A stretch of 64,000 bases of DNA. Origin: Candidatus Staskawiczbacteria bacterium. Its GTDB lineage: Bacteria; Patescibacteriota; Minisyncoccia; Minisyncoccales; Staskawiczbacteraceae. Below, piece after piece: positions 8,680 through 19,270 of this stretch. Made by a program: the position numbers and the translations under genes. Positions within the stretch are counted from its first letter, which is position 1. Each line of letters opens with the position of its first letter. The notes below the pieces were generated by a model, which was not told the origin of the DNA, searched no databases, and saw nothing but the letters and a program-made list of their open reading frames with translations. The stretch spans positions 15,266 through 79,265 of the forward strand of contig JBAZYR010000001.1 in assembly GCA_041659225.1 (NCBI GenBank), written 5' to 3'.

Positions 8680-9234
8680 TTAGAATTTCACCTTCACAGG
8701 CTCCTTCTCTTTTGCTTCTGCTATTTCAAACAAATCCATTTGTTTGAAAGCAAATATTGAGGCAATGATGTTCGATGGGAAAACTTCTATTTGAGTATTC
8801 AGTTCCATAACGTTTGAGTTATAGAAGCGTCTAGCTGCCTGGATCTTGTCTTCAGTGTCGGACAGCTCTCTTTGAAGTTCTAGAAAATTAACTGATGCCT
8901 TCAAATCCGGATAATTTTCTGATACTGCGAACAGACTCTTTAAAGTGTCTGAAAGAAAGTTTTCGGCTTTAGCTTTTTCCTGGGTTCCTTGCGCTCCCAT
9001 AGCTGTTGCTCTTGCTTGGGTTACTTTTTCCAATAATTCCCTCTCGTGGGTAGCGTAACCTTTGACTGTCTCGACTAAATTAGGTATCAAGTCATACCTT
9101 CTTTTCAACTGGACATCAATGTCAGCCCATGCTTCCTTGGTCCTGTTGCGAAGCCTTATTAGGCCGTTGTAGCCTAGGATTACCCATCCAAGGACAATCA
9201 CTACGATGGCTATAATTATATATGTGATACTCAT
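8680..9234 (-). CDS. lemA: LemA family protein
   Basis: N-terminal TM helix followed by the LemA block GYNGLIRLRNRTKEAWADIDVQLKRRYDLIPNLVETVKGYATHERE. The lemA-htpX pairing is conserved. Confidence 0.85.
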   Translation of the reverse strand: MSITYIIIAIVVIVLGWVILGYNGLIRLRNRTKEAWADIDVQLKRRYDLIPNLVETVKGYATHERELLEKVTQARATAMGAQGTQEKAKAENFLSDTLKSLFAVSENYPDLKASVNFLELQRELSDTEDKIQAARRFYNSNVMELNTQIEVFPSNIIASIFAFKQMDLFEIAEAKEKEPVKVKF

Positions 9235-9259
9235 TTTTTTTATATATATTATCTGTTGT

Positions 9260-9277
9260 TATACTGCAAGCAGTATA
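9260..9277. promoter_or_regulatory. Perfect 8-2-8 palindrome TATACTGC-AA-GCAGTATA in the lemA-htpX upstream region; candidate operator
   Basis: An exact inverted repeat seen directly in the sequence. There is no T-run after it on either strand, so it is unlikely to be a terminator. Confidence 0.35.
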
Positions 9278-9300
9278 GCGAACAAATAATACAATATTTA

Positions 9301-9840
9301 TTAAGGTATCGGCAGCATTCCTTTGATTACTATTGTTAAAAAAGGATGCTGAATAGAAAACTTGTGATGGAACAGTTTAAGAATCGTTGCAAAATCCAAA
9401 AGCTCTTCCCTCAAGCTTTCCGGGCCGGAAAACACTTCCCAAAACTCCTGATTAATATTTTTGGAAAGATTGTATAAAATTTCGTAGTCGGATTTCTCCT
9501 TCAAGTATTTTATTATCCCCTTAAATTCTGCTTTGTCCAGCCAAATTCCTTCGCATAAGTTGCACAGATCAACCGTGACCTGGGAATTATCATATCTCAC
9601 TTCGTAAAGCGGCATCCTGCAGTGCGGACAAAGACGGCCGCTGCGTGAAAGAACAAACTTCTTTTGATCCTTCCATAAATCAATATCCAGCCAATTCAAA
9701 TTCTTATCTCTTTCGTCTTTAGCTTGCCTTAATTCATCCTTATCAAACCAAAGCCCGAGACACTCTTTGCAATGGTCAACTTCGACATTTAACAAAATTA
9801 CTTTTTCTAATGTTTCTTTTTCACAACTAGGACACTTCAT
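9301..9840 (-). CDS. Tandem zinc-ribbon (zf-TFIIB-like) domain protein
   Basis: Two repeats of CPxC-x15-20-C-x2-C-x-G-x-W-F/L-D-K-x-E: MKCPSCEKE...HCKECLGLWFDKDEL and CPHCRMP...CNLCEGIWLDKAEF. Confidence 0.6.
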   Translation of the reverse strand: MKCPSCEKETLEKVILLNVEVDHCKECLGLWFDKDELRQAKDERDKNLNWLDIDLWKDQKKFVLSRSGRLCPHCRMPLYEVRYDNSQVTVDLCNLCEGIWLDKAEFKGIIKYLKEKSDYEILYNLSKNINQEFWEVFSGPESLREELLDFATILKLFHHKFSIQHPFLTIVIKGMLPIP

Positions 9841-9877
9841 AAAACTACCGCTTCTTAATATTTATACCTTATTCTAA

Positions 9878-9916
9878 CCAAAAACCCTTCCCTATACAAT
9901 AGAAAGAAGGGTTTTG
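9878..9916 (-). terminator. Intrinsic terminator 3' of groEL (AACCCTTC...GAAGGGTT hairpin, bidirectional A/T tracts)
   Basis: 8-bp stem and 15-nt loop. The minus-strand RNA is followed by UUUUGGUU. Confidence 0.6.
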
Positions 9917-9927
9917 GTCAAGAATAT

Positions 9928-11852
<1,925 letters not shown>

Positions 11853-11934
11853 ATGTTTTTATCACTTAAGTTATTTAATTGCTAATTTTACATTCTAGAA
11901 AAATATGGGGAAATGTCAATAGATTGGAAATAAA

Positions 11935-11965
11935 AACCACCCGGCAATACAGCATATAGGTGGTT
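11935..11965 (-). terminator. Intrinsic terminator after the small membrane-protein gene and before the groES promoter
   Basis: AACCACC...GGTGGTT hairpin, then UUUUUAUUUCC on the minus-strand RNA. Confidence 0.55.
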
Positions 11966-11975
11966 AAATTATTTC

Positions 11976-12350
11976 TTAGTACCCCACCTTGTTGATAAGC
12001 ATCTCTAGTAAATTCTTTACCTCCGCCTGCGCTTGTTCTTCAGTCGCAGAATCGATAAACCTCTGCCACTGGTCAAGCAACGCCTTATTATTTATTTCCC
12101 GTATAGCATTTTCTAACTGTAATCTATCCTCAAAAGAAACTTCCCCCTGCGCCTTTAAAACCTTTGTTACGAATAATCTTGTGAAGGTTAACACCTTCGC
12201 ATTATACTGATAACTCTTGAGGCTCGCTTTCGCGGCCTGGAAATCGATACAAGACGTATAGTATTGCATCAGAACAAAAACCATGGAAATCACCAGCACA
12301 ATAATGATTGAAAGATATACTTTTTCTTTTGTCGTAGAGCCTTTAAACAT
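11976..12350 (-). CDS. Hypothetical small membrane protein (one TM), probably co-transcribed with the giant surface protein
   Basis: The ORF starts 2 nt after the giant gene's stop. Hydrophobic segment LSIIIVLVISMVFVLM. Confidence 0.45.
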   Translation of the reverse strand: MFKGSTTKEKVYLSIIIVLVISMVFVLMQYYTSCIDFQAAKASLKSYQYNAKVLTFTRLFVTKVLKAQGEVSFEDRLQLENAIREINNKALLDQWQRFIDSATEEQAQAEVKNLLEMLINKVGY

Positions 12351-12351
12351 T

Positions 12352-15300
12352 TTATTTTGTCTTAGCCTGTATCCTTTCTCTTATCGTATCACGATAAAAG
12401 TTCAGGAGCAACAGAACTAAAATTAAGAGTAATAAAAGAACTTTCCAGTCAAAATATTTTGCAAACCAATCATTTCGCAAAAGCTCGATATTCTCGTGCA
12501 TCTCTACGCCGTTTTTAATCTCGAACTCTCCGCTATAGTAGGCGACATATCCGGAAGCTTCAACTTTGATATAATAGCTGCCTTCAGGAACCAGAAAGGC
12601 ATACCTGCCGGTAACGTCTGTTGTTTGCGGATTAGATTGCTGATATTGTTTCGCCGGCCATAGCTCGTACAGTTTCGTTTCAGGATTCAGCCAATACAGG
12701 GTAACCTTAGCGTTGTTAACTCGAATCTGGCCTTCCGAACTCTGAGCGTAAATATAACCTTCGGGGTCAACAACAGTGATAAGGCGGATTTCTTTTGACT
12801 CTACATTTATGTCTTTATAATTAATTGTAGTGACTATCTCATATTCGCCCATTGCCACAGGAGCAAATATTCCCGCGGTCCAAATTCCGTCCCTATCGTT
12901 ATCCTGATAATTGAATTCCTGCAAAAGTAAAATATTATTTATATCTTCCTGCACCTGGCTTGATATTAAAGAGGCGGCTAAATACTGCGGAAACGGGTTA
13001 GAGGAGAATCCCGCTTGTTTTAAAGCAAGATATCCTTTTACTCCCTGAACTGGTTTATCGGGCTTAACAATTAATTGAAGAGATTTTCCAGAAAGCATCT
13101 TTATCTTTTGCTGCAATTCTCCCTGCGCGTTAACATAAAGGCTGACGTTTTGATCTACAAGGCCGTTGCTGGTTCGGGCGAAAATAACTTCGGTTGGTAT
13201 TTTTGCTTTTGCCAATACTGTTAATTTATCCAAGGGAATCCCCTGCGGGAGAGCAAGCTTCCCTGTCCCTATATCAGCTATCGGCAAACTCGTTGTTTCA
13301 GCCAGTCCAGGCAACACTAGGTTCACCCCTACCAACTTACCCATATCTGATATCCTTAAAATATCTATTTCTTTAAAGGTTTTCCCTAATGAAGGTATTT
13401 TCTGAGCGAGGTCGCTGAACTCTTTCGGTATAGGACCTAAAACAAACTTTCCGAAAGACTTTGCAGGGAAGATGTTCCATTTATTTCGCATGGAACTTGG
13501 CGCTTCTTCCATAACGATTTCTTCAGCAGGCGGCAAATCTAATTTTGGTTCTTCTTTCGGCCCGATAATTTCTTCAATTATTGTTCCTACTCCATCAATA
13601 ATCTCCCCGGGTATTTTCACCACCTCTTTAACCGCTTCTACCGGAGCTTCAACTATTTGCTGTACAACTTTTTTCCTCCCTAAATTAATCGTGTCAGAAA
13701 CAACTCCTGACGGCTGGCCCCAAGAATTGAAAAACTTAACATAAACTGTTTTTACGCCTTCTCCGTCAGAAAGCTTCCAGATTTTAGCATCCTGGTAAGA
13801 TTCTTGAACAGAATTTGTAAAGGCAGAATCGTTGGCGATAGCCATCCTCACGGTATCTGATCCAGCATTCAAGATCAGAGTGACTTCTTCATTTTCAGTA
13901 CTGGAATCTCCGTTGTTGATTAAAACTGAGAATCCACCGGTTGGAGCAGACGGCGGGGCATAGGCGCCGCCTGGAAGTCCGCCGCCGCCACAAGAAGAGG
14001 TTGTCGCGCTTACAGTATCTGAAAAATCTGTATCTACCGCATCTCCATTTCTCGCTTTCACTCTGAAACTGTAGCTTGTACCGCAAGAAAGCCCGGAATT
14101 TATCCAGAAACTTGCTGTTGTCCAGCCAGAATTGGTGGAGTTGGTTGTATTCTCGACGTAATATTCCGTACCTGATGCATTGGAGTTTGCGCTCCATGAA
14201 ACAGTAATCTGTGCAGCAGAGTCTACGGCTGCATCCGTGCTTGCCGGTGCATTGGCTAAAGTATATTTAGACGAAGTAGATGAATAGTCGGTAGTAACAT
14301 CGTCTCCGTTTTTCGCATTGATCGATACAGTATATTGCGTATTGGGCACCAAACCACTGACTGTTAAAGGCGAAACCCAAACAGATTTAGTTTGGTAAAC
14401 TGGAGAAACTCCCAGTGTACCATTAGCTTGAACATATTGAGAACCAACTTTAACTGAGAAAGTGGCGGCCGAGGAATTGCTGTTCTCATTGATAACCACA
14501 CCTAGAGTTGTTGAGTTGCTTGCGGTAAGCGTGGGAGTTGAAGGCGTATTAGCCAAAGTATATTTTGAAGATATTGAGGAATAATCAGATACATTGCCGG
14601 CTGCGTCTCTAGCTCTTACCTCGTATGCGTACAGCGTACTCGGATTTAATCCAGTATCAGTAAAAGAGGTTGTAGCCTGCCATCCGCTGGAAGAAGCTCC
14701 GGGATTGCCCGTTGTTTCAGCCACGTAATATGGCGTATCATCCAAACCTGACCCAGTATCAGTAGCGGCAGAGAATACTACTAATTGCGTGCTTGAAGTG
14801 GCCGTGATAGAGGAAATATCTGCGCCGGCCGGGGCAGTGGCATCAACCACGAAAGGAGAATCACCCTGTGAAGAAGAAGAACACATAGACAAGGCGTTAT
14901 AATCGCAAACAAATGCATACCACTCCTTACTCCCTTCATCTCCGGCAACGGTCGTATGATCGCAGAAAGCCACAGAGCCAGAATCAATCGAAGAGGATAC
15001 GCACCAATTTCCACCGCCGCACGTTGGAGCGCCTAAATTATTCGCGGTGATTGAATTTGTTTTACATACCGCCAAATAGTAGTCATCGGATTCTCCGTCA
15101 ATAGCCGTAGCCGTAAAAGATACGTCGTCCCCTACTTTTGTCTGGGAAGCAGCGGATGAACCGCCGTCGGACGGAGCCACAGAAATTGAAGGGGCGCTAT
15201 TAAAACTCCAATTTAAATTATGACCGTCAGCACCAATAGTATTGGTGAAAGTAACCGCGTTCCCGCTGGAAGCATCAGAGTCTGTTACCTGCACATAGTT

Positions 15301-18300
15301 GATGGCAAAAGTGCCGTTGGCTGTCAGTGTCCAATAAGTGCCGGGTTCGTCAGAAACAAGATTAATGCGATCGTTATCATCAATACCGGCTAGAGTAAAT
15401 AGTCCATTAATAGTTTGGGTACCGGTATGGTCGAAAGTTAATGTTAAATCCGTGGAATTATCATCAGCGTCTGTTTTACTGAAATTATGGAAAATGGTGG
15501 AGCCGGAGATTGACTGGTTTCCTCCGGCAAAAGTGACTGTCCCGGTTCTTGGATTGAATGTTCCGCTATTTATCCAGTTACCAGTCAGCGCAATGTTATA
15601 TGAGTTTCCGCTCCCTATATCCAACGTAGCGCCAGTGTTGATTGTTAAATTCCCGTTCACGGCTAAGGCACCGGCAGCAGTATAGGTTGTAGCCCCAGCA
15701 GGCGTCAGAGTCAAATTGTTATACGTAGTTGCCGCAATATTCGCAGTCGTGCCGGTATATATGACAGTAGAGGAAGCAACCGTGAAAGTGTTGTTGTTGG
15801 TTAAAATAGTGCCGATTCCCGTTAAAGTCAATGTATCTCCTGTAATATCAAAAGTATCGTCTGCTCCTATCGTTAAAGCAGTCAGTTTTGTATTGGTAGA
15901 AGTAGAAACCGAAGTAGTGGTGGACGGTCCGATAGTGATGGTTCCTAGGTCCTGTCCCGAGGTGGAATCAGTTATTACCTGGGTAGTTCCGTCAAATGTT
16001 AATGTCCCGCCGGCGGTGAAAGTAGCATTGGAAGTTAATTCAAAATCTCCGGCAACATTTAAATTATTTGCATTTTGAGTGAATAAACCAGATTGCAGGT
16101 AGAACTTACCATCCACTTCTAAGGCGTTACCTAAAGAAAATGCGGCTTTGGTAGCGTTTTCGTCGTCAATAGTAAGATTAAAATAATCAGGAGAACTAAA
16201 ATCCTTAATAGTTATAGGATCAGCAGCATTGTTGCCGTAATAAATAACTGTTCCGGCTGCGGTGCCTAAGTTGTTAACACTAGTCAGTGTTTCTGTGCCT
16301 TTCAGCTTAAAATTGCCGGAATTAGCCACAGCAGCAGCGGAGCTGAAAGTTAAGTTTTTCCCACCAAGATCAAAACTCGTTGAGGCGTCTATTGTCAGAG
16401 AAGTAGCGGTAAGTGCAGAACCTAATGTAACAGCTGTTGACGCAGTTGATATTTGTACTGCACCGAAATCATCTGAGCTTGGAGTGAAGGTTTGGGCAGA
16501 ACCCTTACTGAATTTAATGGTTCCCGTTCCTTTTGTGAATGTGGCGCCAGTGAAATTAGCAGATCCATTGAAAGTAACACTTGCGGCTGACCCACCACCC
16601 GCAGCGCTCAGAAAGCCTTCAACAACCGCGTCTCCAGATACGACAGTGGCAGTGGCATTTGTTGAAGCATAAAATTCTCCGATATAAGAGTCTGCGCCTC
16701 CGGTCGGACCGATGTTAAAAGGGCCGGAGAATATATGCACGCCGCTGGGAATTGAAGAAGAAGCTCCGAACCCACCATTGCAAATAAAGGAACCGCCGAT
16801 AGTAACTGGCCGAGCACCTGGAGAAAAATATGCACCAGAATCTATCGTCAGATTCCCGCTGGTGGCAAAACTACTTAACACAAATAAAGATACGGCGTTA
16901 TAATTTGTTAGGGGCTTCATTATAACGTCATCGAAGACTACGGCCGGCGATGACACGACAAGTCTGCCGGTCTGGTTTATCACAACAGTAGATCCTACCG
17001 CGTCCACTACGCCTGTTGTATAACTAATAACAGCAGTAGTTGGTAGATTGGCGCCAACATTTATAATTTCGCGAAGATGTAAAGTGGTGTCGGCAGTTTT
17101 TGCAATTCTTATATACGGCAACAGACCCTGACCCTCTGTTCCGGCTGCGCCACCGGTAAGAGTTTGCTCACCGCTCCCATTTATATTCAAATAACCAGTT
17201 GGAAATCCAGAACCACCAGGCCACGCGTAAGTATTTGTTACTGTGATATCTCCCTGAGCGTTGAGGCCAGTAGTGGCGCCGACAATCTTTAACCAATTCG
17301 CCCCTCCGCTGAATAATAATAGTCCGCTAACGTTTTGCGTCGTGCCCGTTAGCGTATAGGTGGTAGGATCAGCAGTGGGATTAAACGTCAAATTGTTAAA
17401 AGTAGTATTGCCTGTAAAACTCATGGTTGTGGTCAGCACAACCGTTGAGGTTGCTGCAGTAAAAGTACCGCTGTTAGACCAAACACCATTAACCGTGAGC
17501 GTATGACTAGTTCCGTCTTCTGTCAAAATACCGCCTGAGTCAATGGTTACTGAGGCCACCGTGCTATCAACATCAAGGGTAATCGTATGGCCGTTCATAA
17601 TTTCTACTGTGTCCGCTGTCTGAGGTATCGTACTATTACAGTTCGTCCAGGAACCGGCAGCGCTCCAGTTGCCCGTAACGGCGTTACTCTGGCAGGCGTA
17701 GGAAGGATCAACGATATAGTCGATATCAATATTTCCGATAATCTTTAAATCAAAAACATCTGTAGGCGTTTGCAGATTAGTAAGATATACCGTGTAAGTA
17801 TTTTCTTGGTCGATACTTTCGAAAGTGGTGATAAGTTGGTCACTGTTTTCTGCGTATACTTCTATAATCGCAGCTTGACCCGGGATTGTTGCTTTAGCAT
17901 ACAAAGTGATATCCCTTGTGTTATCTAGTATATTTTCAAAGGTTACTCGTACGTACTGACTGTTCTCTAAAGCTACCCAGCTATTGTCCTGTGTTTGGAC
18001 TTGTTCGTAAATATCTTCAAGAATATTTCTGTCTTGGTCCAGCCTGAAAGCCTTAGAGATGAAAATAATTTCGAATATTTGGTCTGACAGGTGAGGAACT
18101 GTCCACTCTACGTAATCAAGCTTTCCGTCATTATCTAAATCGTATGCATTAAATTGCACGTCTTGATTCCCATTGTTTTGCCATTTTATTTTTATCTTGC
18201 TCTCTTCTCCGACTTTAAATATTTCAGGTATTGTAGTAAAAGCCAAAACATTGGTGTATTGCTGTTCTTGCTCGGGAGACGAAACTGTTACCAACTTCCC

Positions 18301-19218
18301 CTCTTCTGTATCTTGTTCGGTAATTTCCGGCGCTGGAGTTTCATATTCAATTTGTACGTATTCGCTTTGCTCCTCTGGCGGAGTTACCACGGCTTGAGGG
18401 TCGGCAGGCTCTACATCTGGCAGGTCTACGACCTGCTGATCCGATGGAGATGCTGTTTCTAGAATATCGCCTTCTTCTACAATCGGCAGGATATCAGGCA
18501 CATCTTCGATAATTTGTTCAGGAACTTGTTCTTCAACAACCTGCTCTTGAACTGGAACTGGCTGCTCAATAACTTGGTCTGACAAATCAACGAAACTTGC
18601 CTCGTCTGTCCGAATAATGTCCTCCTCTTCTGGCTCAGTCATAATCTCAGTTATCGCATCGGTGATTTGCTCTGCGGAGTCAAGAATATTAGCTAATAAA
18701 TAAGAATAGGGATCATCTGGTAAAAAACTCTCGGCTGACCTAATGCCAACAAATTTCTTCCTCTCGTCATTTGATAAATATTGCACGGGTTTTAAGGATA
18801 ATATCTGACGCACCTGGCTGTCATCAACAGATTTTACCTTTATATTCCCTGCTTCTTTGGGCAATTGAATCAAATACTTACCTTGGTCCAAGGAACTACG
18901 TTTAACCAAAACCACCCATTTGACTGATTGGCCCACAATTGTAGCCGAAACCTTCCTGGCAATCGTATCAGTTACTATCACAGAGTCAGTAATCTGTTTC
19001 GGAAATTTCGGCAAGATGTTTACGGAAAGATTGAAGAAAAAGAAAACAATAATTAATACAATCGCGCCTTGTACAAGGAAATATGGCCTAGCAGAAAAAG
19101 TGAGGTCTTTTCGGGAAAAGGTCAGTTCTTTGCCTGCGCAATTACGCAAAAAACCTTTACAACGCGCAATGTACTTTTTAAATAGCTTATTCCAGGAAAA
19201 CATTTGGTACTCTAGCAA
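12352..19218 (-). CDS. Giant (2288 aa) membrane-anchored surface protein. It has an acidic N-terminal region, T/G/S-rich beta-helix-like repeats, fibronectin type-III (FN3) domains, a carboxypeptidase-regulatory-like domain and a C-terminal TM anchor.
   Basis: Hydrophobic segments at both termini (FLVQGAIVLIIVFFFF; WKVLLLLLILVLLLL). FN3-like units (YYVAETTGNPGASSSGWQATTSFTDTGLNPSTLYAYEVRARD; TEYYVENTT...SYSFRVKARNG). The motif PEGSYYIKVEASGYVAYYSGEFEI is transthyretin/CarbopepD_reg-like. Confidence 0.75.
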   Translation of the reverse strand: MLEYQMFSWNKLFKKYIARCKGFLRNCAGKELTFSRKDLTFSARPYFLVQGAIVLIIVFFFFNLSVNILPKFPKQITDSVIVTDTIARKVSATIVGQSVKWVVLVKRSSLDQGKYLIQLPKEAGNIKVKSVDDSQVRQILSLKPVQYLSNDERKKFVGIRSAESFLPDDPYSYLLANILDSAEQITDAITEIMTEPEEEDIIRTDEASFVDLSDQVIEQPVPVQEQVVEEQVPEQIIEDVPDILPIVEEGDILETASPSDQQVVDLPDVEPADPQAVVTPPEEQSEYVQIEYETPAPEITEQDTEEGKLVTVSSPEQEQQYTNVLAFTTIPEIFKVGEESKIKIKWQNNGNQDVQFNAYDLDNDGKLDYVEWTVPHLSDQIFEIIFISKAFRLDQDRNILEDIYEQVQTQDNSWVALENSQYVRVTFENILDNTRDITLYAKATIPGQAAIIEVYAENSDQLITTFESIDQENTYTVYLTNLQTPTDVFDLKIIGNIDIDYIVDPSYACQSNAVTGNWSAAGSWTNCNSTIPQTADTVEIMNGHTITLDVDSTVASVTIDSGGILTEDGTSHTLTVNGVWSNSGTFTAATSTVVLTTTMSFTGNTTFNNLTFNPTADPTTYTLTGTTQNVSGLLLFSGGANWLKIVGATTGLNAQGDITVTNTYAWPGGSGFPTGYLNINGSGEQTLTGGAAGTEGQGLLPYIRIAKTADTTLHLREIINVGANLPTTAVISYTTGVVDAVGSTVVINQTGRLVVSSPAVVFDDVIMKPLTNYNAVSLFVLSSFATSGNLTIDSGAYFSPGARPVTIGGSFICNGGFGASSSIPSGVHIFSGPFNIGPTGGADSYIGEFYASTNATATVVSGDAVVEGFLSAAGGGSAASVTFNGSANFTGATFTKGTGTIKFSKGSAQTFTPSSDDFGAVQISTASTAVTLGSALTATSLTIDASTSFDLGGKNLTFSSAAAVANSGNFKLKGTETLTSVNNLGTAAGTVIYYGNNAADPITIKDFSSPDYFNLTIDDENATKAAFSLGNALEVDGKFYLQSGLFTQNANNLNVAGDFELTSNATFTAGGTLTFDGTTQVITDSTSGQDLGTITIGPSTTTSVSTSTNTKLTALTIGADDTFDITGDTLTLTGIGTILTNNNTFTVASSTVIYTGTTANIAATTYNNLTLTPAGATTYTAAGALAVNGNLTINTGATLDIGSGNSYNIALTGNWINSGTFNPRTGTVTFAGGNQSISGSTIFHNFSKTDADDNSTDLTLTFDHTGTQTINGLFTLAGIDDNDRINLVSDEPGTYWTLTANGTFAINYVQVTDSDASSGNAVTFTNTIGADGHNLNWSFNSAPSISVAPSDGGSSAASQTKVGDDVSFTATAIDGESDDYYLAVCKTNSITANNLGAPTCGGGNWCVSSSIDSGSVAFCDHTTVAGDEGSKEWYAFVCDYNALSMCSSSSQGDSPFVVDATAPAGADISSITATSSTQLVVFSAATDTGSGLDDTPYYVAETTGNPGASSSGWQATTSFTDTGLNPSTLYAYEVRARDAAGNVSDYSSISSKYTLANTPSTPTLTASNSTTLGVVINENSNSSAATFSVKVGSQYVQANGTLGVSPVYQTKSVWVSPLTVSGLVPNTQYTVSINAKNGDDVTTDYSSTSSKYTLANAPASTDAAVDSAAQITVSWSANSNASGTEYYVENTTNSTNSGWTTASFWINSGLSCGTSYSFRVKARNGDAVDTDFSDTVSATTSSCGGGGLPGGAYAPPSAPTGGFSVLINNGDSSTENEEVTLILNAGSDTVRMAIANDSAFTNSVQESYQDAKIWKLSDGEGVKTVYVKFFNSWGQPSGVVSDTINLGRKKVVQQIVEAPVEAVKEVVKIPGEIIDGVGTIIEEIIGPKEEPKLDLPPAEEIVMEEAPSSMRNKWNIFPAKSFGKFVLGPIPKEFSDLAQKIPSLGKTFKEIDILRISDMGKLVGVNLVLPGLAETTSLPIADIGTGKLALPQGIPLDKLTVLAKAKIPTEVIFARTSNGLVDQNVSLYVNAQGELQQKIKMLSGKSLQLIVKPDKPVQGVKGYLALKQAGFSSNPFPQYLAASLISSQVQEDINNILLLQEFNYQDNDRDGIWTAGIFAPVAMGEYEIVTTINYKDINVESKEIRLITVVDPEGYIYAQSSEGQIRVNNAKVTLYWLNPETKLYELWPAKQYQQSNPQTTDVTGRYAFLVPEGSYYIKVEASGYVAYYSGEFEIKNGVEMHENIELLRNDWFAKYFDWKVLLLLLILVLLLLNFYRDTIRERIQAKTK

Positions 19219-19270
19219 ATAATAATTCTATTATTATATCATGCCAGAGTGAATACATCACTGTGGAAAA

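Noticed and set aside
11853-11934. Possible CIRCE (HrcA) operator upstream of groES
   Set aside because: Only a half-site-like TTGCTAA is present. There is no inverted partner with 9-nt spacing.
12352-19218. Nucleotide-level repeats that could suggest a CRISPR array or tandem DNA repeats
   Set aside because: The repeats are degenerate and in-frame within a continuous ORF, i.e. protein domain repeats. There are no spacer/repeat units of constant length.
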